Source: a virus (lineage: Duplodnaviria; Caudoviricetes). Taken from it: a stretch of DNA of 58,163 bases. The DNA lies in the IMG/VR virus record IMGVR_UViG_3300048044_000016, positions 1 through 58,163 of that record; one strand, written 5' to 3'. Numbering within the stretch: the stretch's first letter is position 1; the number at the start of each line of letters is the position of its first letter. Of this stretch, positions 55,323-58,163 are shown piece by piece. Both the position numbers and the translations under genes were made by a program. Below the pieces are notes generated by a model. That model had not been told where the DNA came from. It was given only the letters and a program-made list of their open reading frames with translations, and did not search any database.

Positions 55323-56420
55323 TTAGTTGTGGTGCGCGTGCATACTCAAATTCCAAGAGCTACCGCCCGCGCCGTTTTGCATCGTTTGGGTAACACGAAT
55401 GCTTAATGCGCCACCGCTTGCTGCTGGAAAGGCACTCTCGTTATCTACGGTGCAATGACCATTGACCGCCGCGCTAGATGGATGTGCGTCACAGGACAAC
55501 TGATAGGCGCTGTCCGGCATCGCCCCTGGCAGATACGCCGTCGCCGTGCATTGCACGGGTTGCCCCGTTCCGGTAGTGCACGCTCCAGTTACCGTCCAGT
55601 AATAATCAACCAACGTAGAAGACCCCGCAACAACCGCAGTTACTCTTCCTTGGGAGTCGGTCGTAACACTGGTGGGATTTGCATATGTCCCGGATGTGCC
55701 GACTGACGGCAGCCCGACATTTGTCTTGCCGGTCCCGTTTGTGGCAACTACCGTTCCATCGAAGTTCAGGGTCGGCTGTTGAGTAAGCGCTGATCCTGCC
55801 TCCTGCACCGTCTGATAGTAGAAGGATGGGATGCTTCCGATCTGGCCCCACAGCACCTGAGCGCAGTTTGCAGACCAACTCGTCGTATCGCCCTGTGAGT
55901 AGAGTCCCGATCCGCACTGTGTAGGCGAATGGTCAGACGCACTAGCAGTACTAGCATTTCCACTCACGTTGCCTGTGACATTGCCTGTGACATTGCCTGT
56001 CAGCGGGCCGACGAATCCGGCGGCGTCTGTGAGTGCCCCGGTCATTGTTCCACCCTTCGACCAGTCGTCATCTAAGGTCACATCGGGAACAAAATACTGA
56101 CCATATGATGAGTTGATAAGTAGACCGTAGTGCCCGACGTGCGCGCAGAAGAAGTAGTTGCCACCCGCATCGGCCGTAAATGGATTTGTGGGAGTCGCCG
56201 TGCTGAGCGCCGTCGAGGTGTAGATGCTGACCTTGTTCGCAATGCAGTTGGATGCTGTCGATCCTGGTGTGCAGAGCGCAACCGTGGCGTATGGTATCGG
56301 AGCGATGACACCGTTCGAGATGGTCTGTGCGACGTTGTTGAGGCAAACGCCGATTGGAGCTTGGGCAAGCGCGGCGACAGCGAAAAGCCAAAGAGACGCG
56401 AGGGTAAGGATTCGCTTCAC
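55323..56420 (-). CDS. Fibre-like protein with signal peptide
   Basis: MKRILTLASLWLFAVAALAQ; NPFTADAGGNYFF head-binding-like motif; GNVT repeats; GTY..VTTDSQGRVT fibre motif. Confidence 0.6.
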   Translation of the reverse strand: MKRILTLASLWLFAVAALAQAPIGVCLNNVAQTISNGVIAPIPYATVALCTPGSTASNCIANKVSIYTSTALSTATPTNPFTADAGGNYFFCAHVGHYGLLINSSYGQYFVPDVTLDDDWSKGGTMTGALTDAAGFVGPLTGNVTGNVTGNVSGNASTASASDHSPTQCGSGLYSQGDTTSWSANCAQVLWGQIGSIPSFYYQTVQEAGSALTQQPTLNFDGTVVATNGTGKTNVGLPSVGTSGTYANPTSVTTDSQGRVTAVVAGSSTLVDYYWTVTGACTTGTGQPVQCTATAYLPGAMPDSAYQLSCDAHPSSAAVNGHCTVDNESAFPAASGGALSIRVTQTMQNGAGGSSWNLSMHAHHN

Positions 56421-56701
56421 AGGGCCTCCGGAGACTTAACCAACTGCGGTCCAGAAACTACGGCCTCTTGAGGTTTTGAGTCCTGATTCGGTGCCTGTTG
56501 CTCAATGCGCCCAACGATCTGCGTCGAGATGATCTTCCTGCACTCCGGATTCCCGCAGAAGATGATGGCGCCAATCATGCCGCCAGGAAAGATCTGGTTC
56601 ATGATTGAGAGTCGGGCAGGATCGTCTGCACAATACGGGCAGGCTGGCAGCATAACAGGCGTCACAATTGCGGTTTCGTTCGGTTCAATCTTCGTTTCCA
56701 T
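56417..56701 (-). CDS. Small Cys-containing hypothetical protein
   Basis: GGAGGG RBS; CPYC..CGNPEC. Confidence 0.55.
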   Translation of the reverse strand: METKIEPNETAIVTPVMLPACPYCADDPARLSIMNQIFPGGMIGAIIFCGNPECRKIISTQIVGRIEQQAPNQDSKPQEAVVSGPQLVKSPEAL

Positions 56702-56717
56702 CAGTGTTCCCTCCAAA

Positions 56718-56800
56718 GTGAAAGACTCGCCACTGAGCCTCTTATCAAGGTCCTGTGGCGAGTCAGACTGGTTCTGTACCCGTCAATGCCGATTGTACCT
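56718..56800 (-). promoter_or_regulatory. Late-operon promoter + conserved leader + terminator hairpin (copy 3, before fibre/lysis genes)
   Basis: Minus strand: TACAAT-N4-ATTGACGGGTACAGAA ... GACTCGCCAC..CTTGATAAG..GTGGCGAGTC-TTT. Confidence 0.6.
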
Positions 56801-56804
56801 CACC

Positions 56805-57938
56805 CTAGTAGCGGTAAAAGGCGAGATGCGTGGACGTGGGCGGCGGGGCAATGGTGTAGGTGATTGTTGCACCGCTCAAGGTGAAGTCAACTCCCGGCTT
56901 CAGGACTTGCCATCCGCGGTAAAGCCGAAGACTGGCGGCGGGATTCGGGGCTTGCGGCAACGTAAAGACTTTGTTGGTCCCGTTCAGCGTTCCGGTCGGG
57001 GTAATCCAATCCGCAAAGTTCGGTTCAGTTCCGCTTCCGGCGTAGGTTCCCCACGCAAGGAATGACGCGCTGCCGATCGGCACAGAGGGAACAATGATGT
57101 TCCCGTCGAGAATGTAGTAGTCATCGCCAGACTGAACGAAAACCGAATCGAGCAGACAGCGCGCTGGCTTGAAGAAGTTGATGATCGTGGCCATGTAGCC
57201 GAGTTGCGCTGGGGACGCCCCTATGCTTTGAAACATTCCGTTGCGGTAGAGTTCGATGGAAATCAGAGCATCTGGCAGTACCAGATTCGACCCCGAGACG
57301 GTGGGTACAACGGCATCGAAGTAGAGCGGCGTCCCGTCCGTGGCCTTGCGCATCAGGACACACAACGAGGAATTCAGCGCGGGAGCAAAGGACATCGTGA
57401 GTCCTGTCCCGGATGACGTGTAGTCAACTCCTGGGCGTTGCAAGAGCCCGTTGTAGAAGACGCGGAGAGAACTTCCCACTGGAATTGAGGGGAGACTGAA
57501 TACGCGGTTGCTTCCGTCGATTACTCCGATGGGTGATTGTCCCGACCCGCTCACTCCCACGCGGAATACTGCCCACCCTTGGCTCGCGGGATACGATGAT
57601 CCACCCCATGATGCTTGTCCCTCGTAGCATGTCGCATTAAATCCGCACAAGCTAAGAGCCTGAACGATTGCCCCCGGCGTGCCCATGATCTTGTGCAGCG
57701 GTAGAGCGTTTTGAATGATGGTTTGTGAGGTGACGCCCAGGGCCTGCATCAGGACGCTGGGAATCATCATGTCGAGTTCCCATATCAAGTAGGGCAGGAT
57801 GGATGCGGGGAGATTGCTGCCTAGCGTCCTGATAAGCAAAGGCGTGAGGTCGATGGACTCAAGGCGCGCAGAGAGTTGCATGTGGGCTTGGGTGCGGAGG
57901 TCATTGATAGATGATGCGGGCCTGAGATTGTTTGCCAT
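56805..57938 (-). CDS. Baseplate/tail protein I (P2 gpI-like) with repeated Ig-like C-terminal modules
   Basis: LPYL.WE, I.NA..LH..MGTP.AI..AL, INFFKPAR..L motifs; two G..DG.N.VF.LP..SLR...G..Q.PGVD modules. Confidence 0.85.
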   Translation of the reverse strand: MANNLRPASSINDLRTQAHMQLSARLESIDLTPLLIRTLGSNLPASILPYLIWELDMMIPSVLMQALGVTSQTIIQNALPLHKIMGTPGAIVQALSLCGFNATCYEGQASWGGSSYPASQGWAVFRVGVSGSGQSPIGVIDGSNRVFSLPSIPVGSSLRVFYNGLLQRPGVDYTSSGTGLTMSFAPALNSSLCVLMRKATDGTPLYFDAVVPTVSGSNLVLPDALISIELYRNGMFQSIGASPAQLGYMATIINFFKPARCLLDSVFVQSGDDYYILDGNIIVPSVPIGSASFLAWGTYAGSGTEPNFADWITPTGTLNGTNKVFTLPQAPNPAASLRLYRGWQVLKPGVDFTLSGATITYTIAPPPTSTHLAFYRY

Positions 57939-58027
57939 GTTGCTCAGGCCCTCCTGTGGCCCTCCCTCTATCGTAGATGCCGGCCTTGCTCAGGCACCGC
58001 AGTGTATACAGCGACGTTGCCTTCAAG

Positions 58028-58163
58028 TCACCCGGACATAATGTTCGGGTTGATGGACACAGGGCGGCTCTGATGATCTTCAGCGGCAAAACGCCACGGA
58101 AAAATAAACTCGCCCTCGTCTATTCTCTCCGCAAACATATCAACCACTTCCGCGACGAATTGC
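58028..58163 (-). pseudogene. C-terminal fragment of a DUF433/VapB45-like protein, prematurely stopped
   Basis: QFVAEVVDMFAERIDEGEFIFPWRFAAEDHQSRPVSINPNIMSG-stop; stops at the start of the DUF433 motif. Confidence 0.5.

Noticed and set aside
55962-56002. 12-bp tandem repeat
   Set aside because: Encodes the ordinary GNVT fibre repeat; no separate significance
2702-57832. TCAGGAC as a Chi/KOPS-like polar signal or a simple codon artefact
   Set aside because: Roughly equal on both strands throughout and found in several frames and intergenic DNA

Overview
The window looks like a (nearly) complete, circularly permuted ~58 kb tailed phage genome with a contractile P2/Mu-like tail. The minus strand carries the packaging, head, tail and baseplate genes: TerS, TerL, portal, MuF, protease/scaffold, major capsid, neck, sheath, tube, chaperone, tape measure, U/X/D/V/W/J and fibres. 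These continue across the window junction into baseplate I, another fibre and a lysis cluster. The plus strand (about 35-49.7 kb) carries early genes: Rha-antirepressor, Cro-like HTH, cold-shock protein, Cas4-like nuclease, SbcC-like ATPase, ASCH, HNH, AAA ATPase, DnaB and an adenine MTase. Accessory cargo includes dps, a solo tnpB IS200/IS605-type element and a strawberry-notch-type SF2 helicase. I recognise no integrase. The most striking unexplained signal is the asymmetric heptamer TCAGGAC/GTCCTGA. I counted 91 copies by eye versus roughly 7-8 expected. It occurs on both strands and is missing from apparently recently acquired segments. Other notable items are a second enriched heptamer (TTGATAA), three conserved promoter-leader-terminator modules in front of late operons, a predicted -1 frameshift fusing portal to MuF, and fibre-like genes carrying Sec signal peptides. 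All counts are manual and all family calls come from motif recognition, not database searches.
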